64,000 nucleotides of DNA from Utricularia gibba (lineage: Eukaryota > Plantae > Magnoliophyta). Each line of letters opens with the position of its first letter. Positions within the stretch are counted from its first letter, which is position 1. The notes under the pieces were generated by a model. That model was not told the origin of the DNA, did not search any database, and worked only from the letters and a program-made list of their open reading frames with translations. The stretch covers positions 4,154,001 through 4,218,000 of the forward strand of contig CM007989.1 in the NCBI GenBank assembly GCA_002189035.1, read 5' to 3'. A program made the translations under genes and the position numbers. Shown here one piece after another: positions 13,501-25,618 of this stretch.

Positions 13501-14461
13501 CACCCTATCTGGAGAGTTCATCGCTCTATTGGTCTATATAGATGATATAATAATTGGAAGCTCATTCACCAAGCTCTTGGAATCCCTAGTCTGTTTCTTG
13601 AAAAAACAATTCAAGCTCAAGGATCTTGAACGTTCGAGATATTTTTTGGGGATAGAGATTGCCCATATCTCTCTATCAACGAAAATATGTTCTTGACCTT
13701 CTAAGCGACCATGGATTACTTGGGGCAAAACCAGCAGCAACACCTATAGACAGAACACATCAGCTGCACCAACGGGACTCCACACCACTAAGAGATCCAA
13801 CACCATACCGACAACTCATTGAGAAATTGATTTATTTAACTCTGATTAGACCGGACATCTTGTATGCAGTACAACAGCTTGCCTAGTACATGAGCAATCC
13901 AACAAATTTACACTCTATGACTGCATTGCGGGTACTCAGATATTTAAGGGTTATTGTATAAAACCTCACAACCATTACAACTTCTGGCTTATAGTGACAG
14001 TGATTGAGCCAAATGCCTGGATACCCGACGATCAATTACTGGAATGTGTATATTCCTTGGAGACAGTCCTATAAGCTGGAAATCAAAATGCCAGAAGTGG
14101 CTCGTAGTTCCACATAAGCTGAATACAGAGCAATTGCATCTACAACTTGCGAAGTAATATGGATTCTATAGTTGCTTAAATCTTTTAGAATTGAGCATCC
14201 CACTAAACTGTCACTTTGATGTGACAACAAGTTTGCTATTCAAATAGCAAAGAATCCTATATTGCATGAACGAACAAAACATTTCCAATTAGATTGACAC
14301 TTTGTACGTGAAAATGTTGTTGCAGGACTAATCTAGCTGGTTCATATTGGGACACAAAATCAGATTGATGGCATTCTCACAAAGGGACTCAGTAAGGATT
14401 AACATTCATATCTACTAAGCAAGATGAGCATGTCCAATATACATGCTCCTCTTGAGGGGGG

Positions 14462-14675
14462 TGTCAACCAGACCAACCAGATAAGTAACTCTCAAAAATA
14501 AATGAATATGACCGTTAGGTACAGAAGAATACAAAGAGACGAGATCATTATACATCTAGTATAAATACCACTGATTAGCAATGTAAATATGCACTGGTTT
14601 TCGAATAAACAATTTTTCTGTTTGTCTTCCACACTCTATTCACGACTCTGTCCCTGCTCTCCTCTCCGCTTACTA
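14462..14675 (+). repeat. copia 3' LTR
   Basis: Starts TG after the PPT, ends TA (mutated CA), followed by TSD ACTTC. Confidence 0.95.
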
Positions 14676-14779
14676 ACTTCATCAAGCCTTATTTCTCCAA
14701 TGTTCAATATGCATCTAAATAAAATTTTAGTTTTATGTTTATTTAAAAAATTAATAAAAAAACTAGATTGAATGTTTAG

Positions 14780-14970
14780 AATTATCATTAGACAATGGTT
14801 ATAAGTTGTTAAATATTATTTATTATCACTAAACGATGTTTAAATAAGTTTGGACACTACTAATAATCACTAAACAGTGTTTAAAACCCTCTTGGATGTT
14901 GTTTACTATCATTAATGGAAATCTAGAATCCTTATGGGTGTTGTTTATTACCATTAATCGGTGCCCTTAA
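14780..14970. repeat. Degenerate 41-42-bp minisatellite, continuing at about 19967-20030 beyond the Harbinger insertion
   Basis: Core ATCA(C/T)TA or ACCATTA at 14784, 14825, 14866, 14908, 14950 and 19988. GG(A/G)TG(T/C)TG(T/C)TTA at 14894, 14936, 19974 and 20014. Confidence 0.65.
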
Positions 14971-15230
14971 GGCTGTGTTTGGTAGTAGTTTTAGTAATAC
15001 TGGTATAATTTATACCAGATAAAAATTATCCCTCCTATAAGTACACATTATGTTTGGCAGTATGGAATTTATGAGTTGAATTAAAATATCCCATGACTTG
15101 TTTGGTAGACATATATTGGATTACTTTTTACAGATTTTGAACAAATACATTTTTACCCTTCTACATTTTTTTTATCTGGGTAGGGTTCTTGGCTTCGGCT
15201 CTTCAATCATTCTCCAATTTTCTGTGCGAA

Positions 15231-16299
15231 ATGAGCATGTCCCACACAGATAACAACAATGGTCAATCAAAATCGAAACGCGGGTGGAGCGTTGAAGAAG
15301 AACGTCTTCTTGTTATCGCTTTCAAGGATATTATTGACAATGGGTGGAAGAGTGAAAATGGTTTTAGAAAGGGGTATTATGTAGCTCTTGAGAAGATGAT
15401 GAAGAAACGCAAAACCCACTTCAACTTTGACAGCTATTCCACACATTTCTTCGAAAATCAAGATATGGAAAAAGGAATACTACATGATCATGGACATTCT
15501 TTCTCGATCGGGAACATGGTGGAATAGCACAACAAGGATGTTAGAAGCACCAGACAAGATATGGGATGAATTGGTATTTTCTAGGAAAGTTCCTACTTTT
15601 ATTAGTTTGTGACTATTAAGAATCCATTCTGCTAATTATTTGGGAATTGTTGCTGATATGAATTAGTTTAATCATATGGTTTTTGTAATTGTTTTAGAAT
15701 CCATTTTATGGGAGTTCTTACATTTTTTATATGTTACTTGTTGTAAGTGTCTGAGAAAAGCTATCACGAGTGTTGAATTTTGTTTTTAGGGAACCATCAA
15801 TGGACTGAAAGGCTTGAGAAATAAGGTATGGCCTTTTTATGAAGATTGTTTAGAGATTTTTGGAACAGATCGTGCTACCGGGAAAGATGAAGTTGCTCAT
15901 GAGGAAGCTGCCAACCATGCATCCACTGAAGTCGAAGGCAATGACTATCATGTCAATATGAACAATGAACCAGAATCACCAACAACTCAAATACCAGCTT
16001 TTGTGCCAATTTCAGAAGCCAAATCATATGTTCTTAATGATGATGCTGCTGAGAACAATGTAGGGTCACACAAGAGGAAATTTAACAAGAGACAAAGAGA
16101 GGATGAAGTTATTGGAGAACTTATTGGAGAATTAAAAGCAATGCGTAAAGGATCAGATGCTATCACTGAACTTATACAACAAAAATTGATGGCACTTGTT
16201 GATGCTCAATTAAAGCAACAAAATGAGGCTATATCCATCCTTCGTAAAATGGACATGTTACTGACACCCATTCAGATTGTGCATGTGTCTCATGTATAG
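15231..16299 (+). pseudogene. Harbinger-associated Myb/SANT-like DNA-binding protein (frameshift near 15420; intron about 15575-15790)
   Basis: RGWSVEEERLLVIAFKDIIDNGWKSENGFRKGY...KIKIWKKEYYMIMDILSRSG and MRNKVWPFYEDCLEIFGTDRATG are typical of this family. Confidence 0.8.
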
Positions 16300-16606
16300 T
16301 CTTACACAACTCTCATCATTTTTAATATCCCTATTGACATATAATTAAATCAGTTTTCTTATGTTCAACTTGTGTTGAAGACGCCTGCGGACGTGCAATT
16401 GTTTTTGTGCCTCTCAGATGATGAGCGCAGAGCATTGGTCCAACAACTTGTCAGGGAATAGGTTTTATCAATGGTGCAATATTTTTTTGGGCAGCATCAT
16501 CCGTTGGTGCTCTTCAAGACCACGGAAAGGATCAATTCATCTGACTTCTTACATGCACCATAGACATTATATAGTTTTGAAATATCATAGTTTTGAGCTC
16601 CAAAAA

Positions 16607-16628
16607 TATATATATATATATATATATA
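16607..16628. repeat. (TA)11 microsatellite
   Basis: Read directly. Confidence 0.9.
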
Positions 16629-17351
16629 GAGCTGTCCATATAGATAACAACTTCCCCTAGTTCAAGTAATGTATCATCCATTATCTTTTTGTCTTCTTCA
16701 GTTCACAAACACCTTGACTTCTAAAACTAAAACATAATAACAGGTTCGCATGAAAATTCATAAAAGTAGACCACACTTGCAGCATAACATCACCCGAAGA
16801 ATAATGAGTTGGATGTTATCATATTTTCTAAATTTTTGTTATTCTATTTTAGCATATAAATCTATTGAGTTATAGTTCAAGAAACAAGTGAACCTAATAT
16901 ATGTCTACATCAAAATTTAATGATTTATTTTTATGTGAATAATATACAACATATATTTCATTATCGAATAATTACATAAATTGGAATTTTTTTAATATCA
17001 ATTTTTTTTATTAATCTGTTTTACAATAAAAAACAATGTTCAACATAAACTTTGATTTATGTATTTAAATTCATGTATTAAATTATTTTATATTAACGCT
17101 ACCTACGAAATAAATATTCAACAATACACAAATGTATTGGACTCCTACCACATTACTTATTTCGTAGGTGCCATTAATATGGGATACACACATGCGTGGT
17201 TTATACACAATGCATAACCTATGTCCGTGTATTGGATTTCTACCAAATTACTTATTTCATAAGTAGTACTAATACAGGATACACATGGATAGAGGTGGGT
17301 TCGGTTCGAATCGGAACAATGGTTCGTACCGAAACGTTTGGATATATCTAG

Positions 17352-17677
17352 TTCCAGGCACCCACATGAGAAAAGGTGGGTGCCTGGAATTTGGTTGCAG
17401 ACTCATAAACACCCTCCTGAGGCACCCACATGAGAGAAGTGGGTGTCTGGAAAACTGTCACAAATACTCCTTCCCAAACACCCATATCAGAGAAGTGTGT
17501 GCCTGGAAATGATCTTACCTACTCTTCCTAGACACTCATACAATGCATTATTTTGTAGGTACCATCCAACTCTCTTTCCCGACACCCTTCCGAGGCACCC
17601 ACATGAGGGAAGTGGGTGCCTGGAAATGGTCTTACCCACTCTTCGTATACACCCACACAATATATTATTTTGTAGGA
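17352..17677. repeat. Array of four palindromic units (core CCAGGCACCCAC-N9/10-GTGGGTGCCTGG) inside the Harbinger
   Basis: Unit 1 (17352-17389) has a perfect 14-bp stem and 10-nt loop. Degenerate copies start near 17416, 17471 and 17588; the last two lie in a roughly 117-bp direct duplication. Confidence 0.85.
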
Positions 17678-17947
17678 TAGTGTGATAACACCATTTTTAT
17701 TATGTTTTAATAAAGAACATATTTAAATTATTTATATTTTTAGTAAACATATGTCATATAATTATAAAAATATTTTTTTTAGTTGTTGCATCTCGCATAT
17801 TCTCGCGTGCTTAGAAATAAATATGATTTATAAAAATGCTGATAATAATCTTAAGTTCACTTTGCAACGACATGTTCTACCATGTTTAAAAATAACAAAT
17901 GTTCAATCTTGGATATGATAGTTAACAGAAACACAAAAAACGAATGC

Positions 17948-19309
17948 TTATCTATTCATATACTGATTCCATATAATTGTTGCAAGCTCATCACGCCATG
18001 TACACCACCCTGGAGAGGTTTCAACAGCTGTTATGAACTCACTAGTCCCTTGCTCAACAAATTTAGTAAAATTCTCTGACACTTCAGCTTCCAACGGATC
18101 ATATGCCATATTCATTCTTACAAAATTGTGTAATAAAGCACAAGCAAGAATAATGCGACTTTGTGTTTGAACTGGATAGTAGGATGCTGACTGAAGAATG
18201 GCCCATCGAGTCTTTAAAATTCCCCATGCTCTCTCAATTACATTTCTCGCTGAGGCGTGACGCATGTTAAACAACTCTTTCGCATTTTGAGGTGCTGAAT
18301 TTCCAGTACCTCATTCTTTTAAATGATAGCGTACATTCTGATATGGAGCTAGGAAGCCATCACAATTGTTGTAGCCATTATCGTATAGATAATAGCAACT
18401 TGCAATCACAACATGCATTTGTATAGTAAAATGTTTCTGAAAACAGCCTGAAACAATGGAAATTCATGCATGGAAAAACCTTTAAAAATCTTACTAACTT
18501 CACAACTAACCTCTATGTACTCGTAGACCACCAATATCCTTCAACAAAGCACTTTTAAGTATACGGCTGTCAGCAGCCGATCCTTCCCAACCAGCAAGCA
18601 TGTAAATAAAATTCATATTTTGATCACACACACCCAAGACATTGAAGGCTATTGTACCTTTTCGGGTTCGATATTTTGACTTATCACACTCAGGCACCCG
18701 TGCCTCAATATAGGACCCATCTAAAGCACCTAAACAATTCTAAACATATTACAAACATTCAACAATTAATAGTTATTAAGATAAACATTGCATAAGCAAA
18801 AAATGAAATAGTATCTCAAAGAAACAGAACCTTGTTGTGGCACTGGTAGTAGTAACAACTTATCATGCAAGCATAAAATAGCTACAAAAATGGCCTTGAA
18901 GTGACAGCTAATTGTCCAAGTCGATCTTTTTGAAGGATGACTTTTGAATTCACATCTTCTTATGATGGGCTAAAGTACCTAAGAAAATACAGACTTTCTC
19001 ACTGATAGTTATATACTTCGAGTCACGAAGCTCTGCATAATCACGAAGTAGACAACACAATCGTCCAAAGACATCTCGATTCATCCTCAATTCCTCCAAA
19101 GCTGTGTTGTTCATGTTGCTAACTAATTCATGGAGATGTTCAATTTGTCTTGGCATTTTCGATGTATATGAGTATCAGCATTGCTGTCTTGAACCATGAG
19201 AACGTAGTCAGAGCAGCACAATAAGCACAATAATATGAGCAATTTCGAAATTCCTTTGCAACAAATATGCCAATAACAATAACTGAGCATTCTCATCAAT
19301 TGATTCCAT
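17948..19309 (-). pseudogene. PIF/Harbinger (HARBI1-like) DDE transposase, degenerate
   Basis: LRMNRDVFGRLCCLL; ALDGSYI (D); GWEGSAADSRIL; YLYDNGY (D); RHASARNVIERAWGILKTRW (E). In-frame TGA in HLKE*G and a frameshift after LAHHKK. Confidence 0.9.
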
Positions 19310-21572
19310 CCAAAAAAATAATTTGGGTTACTACAATTAATTCATAACATATAATAATTAATGCAAGAGAGACTACATGCTTATGCGTACACACATCAGG
19401 AACAAAGCAAACAATCAGAAAATACAAAATGAATATGTTTGCATTATTAAAGAAATTATTCATTCATCTTGGCTACTCACCTTCGATTTTGATGTCTCCA
19501 AATGGGTGGGACACCGAATGAATACTTTGTTGTGCCGCCGAACAGTCAAAACATGGATCTCAATTACATGAATTTGAGACCCAACAATGGATCTACGATC
19601 CAAATTTTGCAAGTCGGTATAAAAAAATATTCACAGGTTGAGGAAGAAAATCTGTAGATGGAGGAAGAAATTCGCAGGTTGAGGGGAAACAGAATCGTAG
19701 GGTTGAAAAATAATTTTCCCTCAAATTTAATTCAAGATAAGATGTAGATGTATTTATGGGTATTTTAGACTTTTCATAATCAAAAAGTTATCCATATGTA
19801 AGGTATAAAATTAAGGAAGGGTTTTGATGGGGATACTTTTATGACTTATATAAAGGAAAAAAGTATCCCAGAAAAATTTACTTCTACTTACCAAATACGT
19901 TATTATTAGGCATATTAGGATATACCATCTTATCCCATGTTATACTTATTAACAAACACGGTCTAAGGGTTTTGGGTGCTGCTTATTACCATTAGGCTGG
20001 CCCAAGCCTCTATGGATGCTGCTTAAGATTATCAAGTGGTGCTTATGTATACCCTTTTGAATAGTTTGTAATTCGAAAAAATAATGCAGTTTTAATATAA
20101 GCACAAAAATAAATATTTTTTTGAAAGTGTTTTTCATACACATGATTCCAAATGCAAATTAATAATATTTAAAGAATTTGTTTCAAGTAATTATTGGAGT
20201 TTAGATCAACATATAATAAATATTATTTAATTATGTAATTGTTTCGCTGTGGGATACATTTGATTCGAAAATCAAAATTGGGAAAAAGCATCTCCTTAAT
20301 TATTTCTCGATCATTCATTTTATATAAAAAAAATTGATTTACTCTATGATATGTAAATTATGCACATGTATTTATATAGTTTAATTATGCAATTGTTTAC
20401 ATATCTATAATTTAATTATGTAAATGTTTATATATACATTAATTAGAAGAGGGCATAATTATTTTTTGTGTTTGTAAATTATTTAAAAATTTAATAGTTA
20501 TTGTTACATATGTTATACTATTATATACAATATTATGTAATTAAACACATAAATTAATAAAAGAAATATTATTTCGAAAATGATGATTTAAAAGAAATTC
20601 ATTACTTATCCAAATACGTTGACATGTCATTGTATTTGAATAAATAATGAATTTCTTTAAAAAAAATTTTTACGAGATGACTATCTCTCAAATTTAAGTG
20701 GAAATAGATGATCATTTCTAAAATTGAGCGCAATTATTTCCGGTGGTCATAAATTATATATATTCATAATTCCTTACAAGGTGCAATGGTTGAAACAGTC
20801 AGATAAATTGTCTCCAAGGTAGCAAAAATGTTTTTGAAATGATCATTTTGGTTTTATAAATAAAACATTGTCTAACCCATTTTTTTTTAAAAAAACTGAA
20901 AAATATGCATGCTCTTTTTTTCATTGGTAAAGAATTAACGTTGATGAGAAATGCTAATTGAAAAATTTATGAACATTTCATATTTTTTGAATAAAAAATA
21001 AATGAAGGTCTAGGATAATTTATGTAATATATTGAATTATTTATATTTTTTAAAAAATATTCAATTAGTTTTTGAGATAAATTCATTTATAATCTAAATT
21101 TTTATAATACCTTTTTTCATCAATCTTTATGTTAATAAAAGGATGATATCAAGATGGTTACAGGTTCAACCATGTCTTAGAATTATCTTACACAACAAAT
21201 GGGTTTTACATGACATTAAAATTTATTTAAATAATAAATTTAATACATTCTATTATCCAACTGAATTTCTAGATTATATAACTATATTTTATTTCATATT
21301 TTTATTATTATGAGTATTATTTCTACTTTAATAAATGGTATACTTGTGATTTTAATTTGATAATATAATTACGTGACAAATTATAATTCATAATTTTTTT
21401 AAAAAATGATGGTTAACCGTAGTGAGCAGTGCCCTGAGAGAGAGTCATCTGTTGTCTGGTGGAGAACAAAATGCCGCTGGACAAAATTTTAGGATAATCA
21501 CATGAATATAAAAATAATATAATGTATTGTGAGTTTAAACGTTTGTAATATTAATTAATGTTGATTTATCAA

Positions 21573-22104
21573 TGTTATGGGTGAAATCGGTATCCGGTGA
21601 GAGGCCGATTTTAGGTGATAGGCGCGGTCGGGAATGCCACACTTAGTCACCTTCTTCACGTCTAGTACGATTAAAATAGAAGTGAACATGGATTTTTTAC
21701 GTGGAAACCGCCAGAGAGCGGAAAAACCACAGAGCTACCGGAGCTCGCCGGAAAAGAGTTTCACTAGGTGGACGTCGCGAAAAAGGAGAATACAACTTGA
21801 AGAAATCTTTTTTTGAGTCCAACCGCTTTCTTGTCATCATTCCGTCTATTTATAGGAGAGCTCACTCTGACCGAATTCTGGTGTCTGCAAACATCGGTTG
21901 CTTTCTGCTCCTACTATGCAATCTCGCTTTTCAGATATCGGCCGCCTGTTATGCCGTAATTCGGCCGCTTTTCAGGCTGTGTCATATGCCCATACCTGTC
22001 AGATTTCTGACAGACGTCGATCTGTCGTCTGGCATTATCCCCTTGAGATCTCTTTTGGCAGCCTTTTAGGAACCGATTACCCTTGGCCGATTTTTCCCTT
22101 ATCA
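21573..22104 (-). repeat. gypsy 3' LTR (element on - strand)
   Basis: 18 substitutions and no indels vs 31116-31647 (manual count). Minus-strand TATA (CCTATAAATAG) near 21850; purine tract AAAGGGGC adjacent on -. Confidence 0.95.
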
Positions 22105-22578
22105 TTCAGCCCCTTTGATTCGCCGATTCTAGCCCTTTTCGGGGTAAATCGGGGGATCAGAACTACTACGATACCGATTCTTGAGTTGCTGCTTCCCCCG
22201 AATAGGCCACATGCCGTTCTCTACCACACGTCGGCTCGTTGGCACGCCACGTTTTTTCCTGCTCATTCTGGGTACCCCAAACGTCACGACGCTTCGTCTT
22301 CCTAACCTGTCCCGTATAAATAAGCGCCCTTCGCGTTAGTTCTTTCCTTTGCCCTTTCTGTTGCCTGCAAGAGTTTTGTGCCCTCCGTGCTCCGTCACAC
22401 TCGTCCGCCGCTCGATCATCGTGATATCCGTCGGAAAACGTCAATTTTCCAGGTATCATTCGGTTCTTTGTCTTTTCCGTTCGGTCTTCTGGGATTTTTG
22501 ACGGGTCCCCCTTGTCATTCTAAGTCCTTCCCCCGTCATAACTCCTACCTCGTTCTAGGGTTTTTGGCTTCTTTGAAA

Positions 22579-24827
22579 ATGGGTAGGAGATCTAGTGAAC
22601 TAAACATCCCTTCCCTTCGCATTCGGTACTCAATCCCTGATGAGTACCAGCTTTCTCATGCTCGGGATACTGAAATCCCTTGGGGGTTGGTAAGGACCCC
22701 CTGCCTCCGTTCAGTCTCCTAATTCCACTTGCCTATTTCGAAAGCGGTTTACGCTTCTCTCTTCACCCTTTAATAGTCCGTTTTCTCTATACTTTTGCAA
22801 TTCCGATTTACTGTCTTGCCCCGAATTCCATATTCTGCTTTACCACTTTCCTTTTCTATTCAGCCGGTATGGATCCGGCTATGACTTTGGTAGACTTCTG
22901 TCATCTCTTCAAGATAGCCGTTCGTAAAGCTAAGTCCCCGATGGATGGCCGATCTCACTTTCAATTCCGCCGATTTGAAGATAACCCCAACTTTTTTGTT
23001 AAAGCCCCCGACACCCACCATGATTGGTGGTCTACTTTCGTTTGGATAGCTCCCCCTTTGGGTTCTCGGTGGAACTTCCCAGTCGATCCCCCAACTCCTT
23101 TCAGGATCAAAATCTTGGGTGCGTATCGGTCTTCTTCCGAATCTCGCGAAGTCCTTTATGAGAGGCTTAGTTGGGGCTCAGTTCGGTATGAGTCTCATGC
23201 CTTGATGTTCTCGGGTGAGTCGTTGAAAAGATCAGGTATTATCGGTCGTTCCCGAGACCTCCATTGGCCCGATATCATTCCTTTCGATGGCACTGATCCG
23301 AGGAGCCTTCCTCTTAGCCCCTCTTCACCCTTCCCTCTTGTTCCGGCTTCACCTCCAATTCCCCCACCTGTTCAAACCGGGGCCCCCAAGAAAAAGAAGA
23401 GGGTTAAGACAGTTGCGCACAAACCCTCAAAGAGGCAGAGAGGTAGTCGGGTTCAGCTTTCCCGAGTCTCAGAATCGGCACTATGCCTTATTGCTTTTCC
23501 TTCTTTCGTTTTCAGCTGAAGAGATGGTTCGGAGAAGCTCTCTGGAAGATTCGATGATGGTGCGGTTCTCCGCCGAGATGCAGAGGGCGCAAGAACCCGA
23601 GGATCCCTCTCCTGCACCAGTCTATCTCCTATTTAATAGTTACTGCGAATTCCCGATTATAACCCCCCCCCCCCCTTTTTTTTTGGTTTTTCTTTCAGGC
23701 TGATATGATTGGAGCTCAGTTGGATGCCGCTGATCCTTCCTCGGGGGAAGATCAAGTAGTGGAAGTCTCCGAGGCCCCGGAGTTGACTTCCCGTCCTTCA
23801 GCCGGAAAAGGGAAAGAGAAACTTCCTCCATCACCCGATCTCAGCGATACTCCTATTCTCGATGCAAGATTCTTTTCGGCTGGAGCTTCAACATCGGCTC
23901 TTCCAATCGAGTTACACGGGGATTCTGCCCTCGTAGAAGTAAGGGACAACCCGGTGCTTCCTCTACCCTCAGTTCCAGCTGAACTAAGAGGAATCCTGGA
24001 TAGAGCTATGTCTATTACCTCGGGTGTTCAGCCGGAGACGGTACTTGAAGGGATCTGGCAGGTACGTATCCCGTTTCCTCTTCTAAATTCTAATTAGTCG
24101 GTCCTTGACTAGAGATATTCTTTCAGGCTCTGACTCTTGGGTGGGGAATGGTTAGAGAGATTGGCTCTCAATCGGAGGAAGTCTCTCGACTTCGAGCCCA
24201 AGTTGTGGCTCAGAGCGCCCAGATAAAGTTGTTGGAGGAGGAGGGGAGTTCGCTGAAAACCGTTTTAGGGAAGTGCAGCCGCCAGGAGGAAGAACTGCAA
24301 AATGTGATCGAGGAAATGGGAAAGGCGGTTGACGACGCTCAATCAGAGAGAGAGGGCTTCAAAGTCCGATTTGAGGAGGCAGGAGCGGAGTTAGAGCATG
24401 CCAGGGCCGCATTTCAGCATTGGAGGCCGAATTACTTGATCAACAAGCATCTCGGCAGGTTCTTCTGGATGACTTTGTCAATTCGGTCTGTTTTGCCGAA
24501 CTCTCCGATATCTATGCAGGAGATTTAATCGGCTTACTTCTATACCGTCAGAGACGACAGTTCAGCCGGGAATTTGGGCTTTCAATCATGGATCCGTGCT
24601 TCGACAGGATAAACCCCCTGACGAAGGATGAGAACATGCTTGATGTTATCGCGGATACCTTCCAGGCCCCGGAGTTCGGGTTCGAAGCTGATCGGGAGCG
24701 ACTGATTTCGCTAATTCAGGCGAGGATAGGGCGAGAGAATGACGCCAAGTTGAGGGCAAGGATGAAACGGCATACCGGTTCCTCTGCCAATCCTCCCGAT
24801 AATCCCCCATCCCCTCCTGTATTTTAG
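22579..24827 (+). CDS. Antisense extra gene of the Tat element, four predicted exons (22579-23442, 23516-23619, 23699-24061, 24127-24827), about 677 aa if two 1-nt frameshifts are corrected
   Basis: GT-AG introns 23443-23515, 23620-23698 (weak donor) and 24062-24126 each join the tracked ORFs in frame. N-terminal AYFESGLRFSLHPLIVRFL resembles the gypsy-type Transposase_28 domain; NLS-like PKKKKRVK; C-terminal coiled coil; TATAAATA at 22315-22322. Confidence 0.7.
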
Positions 24828-25618
24828 TAGTTTTTGACTTGATGTTTTTCCCCCTACTGTGGGGCTTTTTTGATAATTTTGGTCTCCCGGTTCGGGATTT
24901 TCTTCTAATTTACTCTGTTTTTTTGCGCATCGCTTTTGCCTTTGGTGACGTTCACATTTCGGGGAAGCCCCGAGTTGGTTTTCTATGTCTATTACGTGCT
25001 TAGACTTGGAGATTCGCCTATGTTTTTATGATTCGGGGTGGATGCGTCCTCGCCAACCCTTTGATTGTGCTTTTTGATTTTAGTTTGCCTTAGTGTTTCC
25101 TCATGCGAGCTGAACCGCTGCTAGGGAAGTAGGCCGGAACCCCTCATGGGTTGAGCGACTTCCCCAATCCGAAAGGGCCCTCTTCTGGCCATACCCCATT
25201 GTTTTGAACATGGGGCGGATTTGTTTCGGGTGCTCTTGCCGCCTCGAGATTACGACAATAAGGTCAATACTTAAGGGCTTTTTGGGGCTTACGCGTGCGA
25301 TTTATATAAACCGGTGCCCGAATCGTACCAGGGCTTATTCTTGCTATTGATGCCTGGGTTGGTAGATCGCATATATATATCATGGGAGACCCCGAGTCGA
25401 CTTGATGTATCCCACAGGGGATCCCGATTTATGAGATTCGTCTGGGCTTACGTTACTTGGCCAGAGCTTTAAATCTTTGATGGTCTGCCTGGGCTTACGC
25501 AATTCGGCCAGGGCTTGTGTTTTGTTTTCCCATCTCCATTTCGGAGGAATTTATAGGTGCATGAGTGCTTTGGGGGAGAGAATGCCGAATCCTGTGACAG
25601 AGATTGATATTGAGTCGG

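Larger units (their letters stand above)
6905..14440 (+). pseudogene. copia gag-pol polyprotein, interrupted by the hAT and by many stops and frameshifts
   Basis: gag NYAQWSRNVLRALRIRGKASFVNG; zinc knuckle CTNCRWSNHNIDQCW; protease remnant IIDLGASEHMC; integrase FDLIHIDT*GPY...RFFLTIVEDATR; RT KARLVARRFSQVQGFDYEETFSPV and LVYIDDII; RNase [24 protein letters not shown]. Confidence 0.9.
6651..14675 (+). mobile_element. Ty1/copia LTR retrotransposon, decayed; 4869 bp once the nested hAT and one TSD copy are removed
   Basis: 214-bp LTRs at 6651-6864 and 14462-14675; 5-bp TSD ACTTC (6646-6650, 14676-14680); PBS TGGTATCAGAGC (6865-6876, tRNA-iMet); PPT GAGGGGGG before the 3' LTR; domain order gag-PR-INT-RT-RH. 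Confidence 0.95.
14971..19963. mobile_element. PIF/Harbinger DNA transposon, full-length (4993 bp) with two convergent ORFs, decayed
   Basis: TAA TSD at 14968-14970 and 19964-19966; TIRs GGCTGTGTTTGGTAG / reverse complement GACCGTGTTTGTTAA (11/15 match); Myb/SANT ORF on + and DDE transposase on -. Confidence 0.92.

Noticed and set aside
17290-17340. GGTTCGAATC resembling a tRNA T-loop
   Set aside because: No cloverleaf, A-box or acceptor stem.
17352-17677. CRISPR-like repeat-spacer array
   Set aside because: Plant nuclear DNA, no cas genes, repeats degenerate and spacers partly duplicated; kept only as a TE-internal repeat.
21410-21490. GC-richer stretch with AGTGAGCA resembling a miR156 fragment or a snoRNA
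   Set aside because: Only a partial match; no hairpin or C/D, H/ACA boxes found.
21634-22305. ORFs of 60-135 aa here, repeated at 31177-31662
   Set aside because: They lie within the gypsy LTRs, are duplicated only because the LTRs are, and have no recognisable domains.
25280-25520. Short GGGCTTACG/CCAGGGCTT repeats in the gypsy 3' region
   Set aside because: Too degenerate to define a unit; tandem repeats are expected in this part of Retand-type elements.
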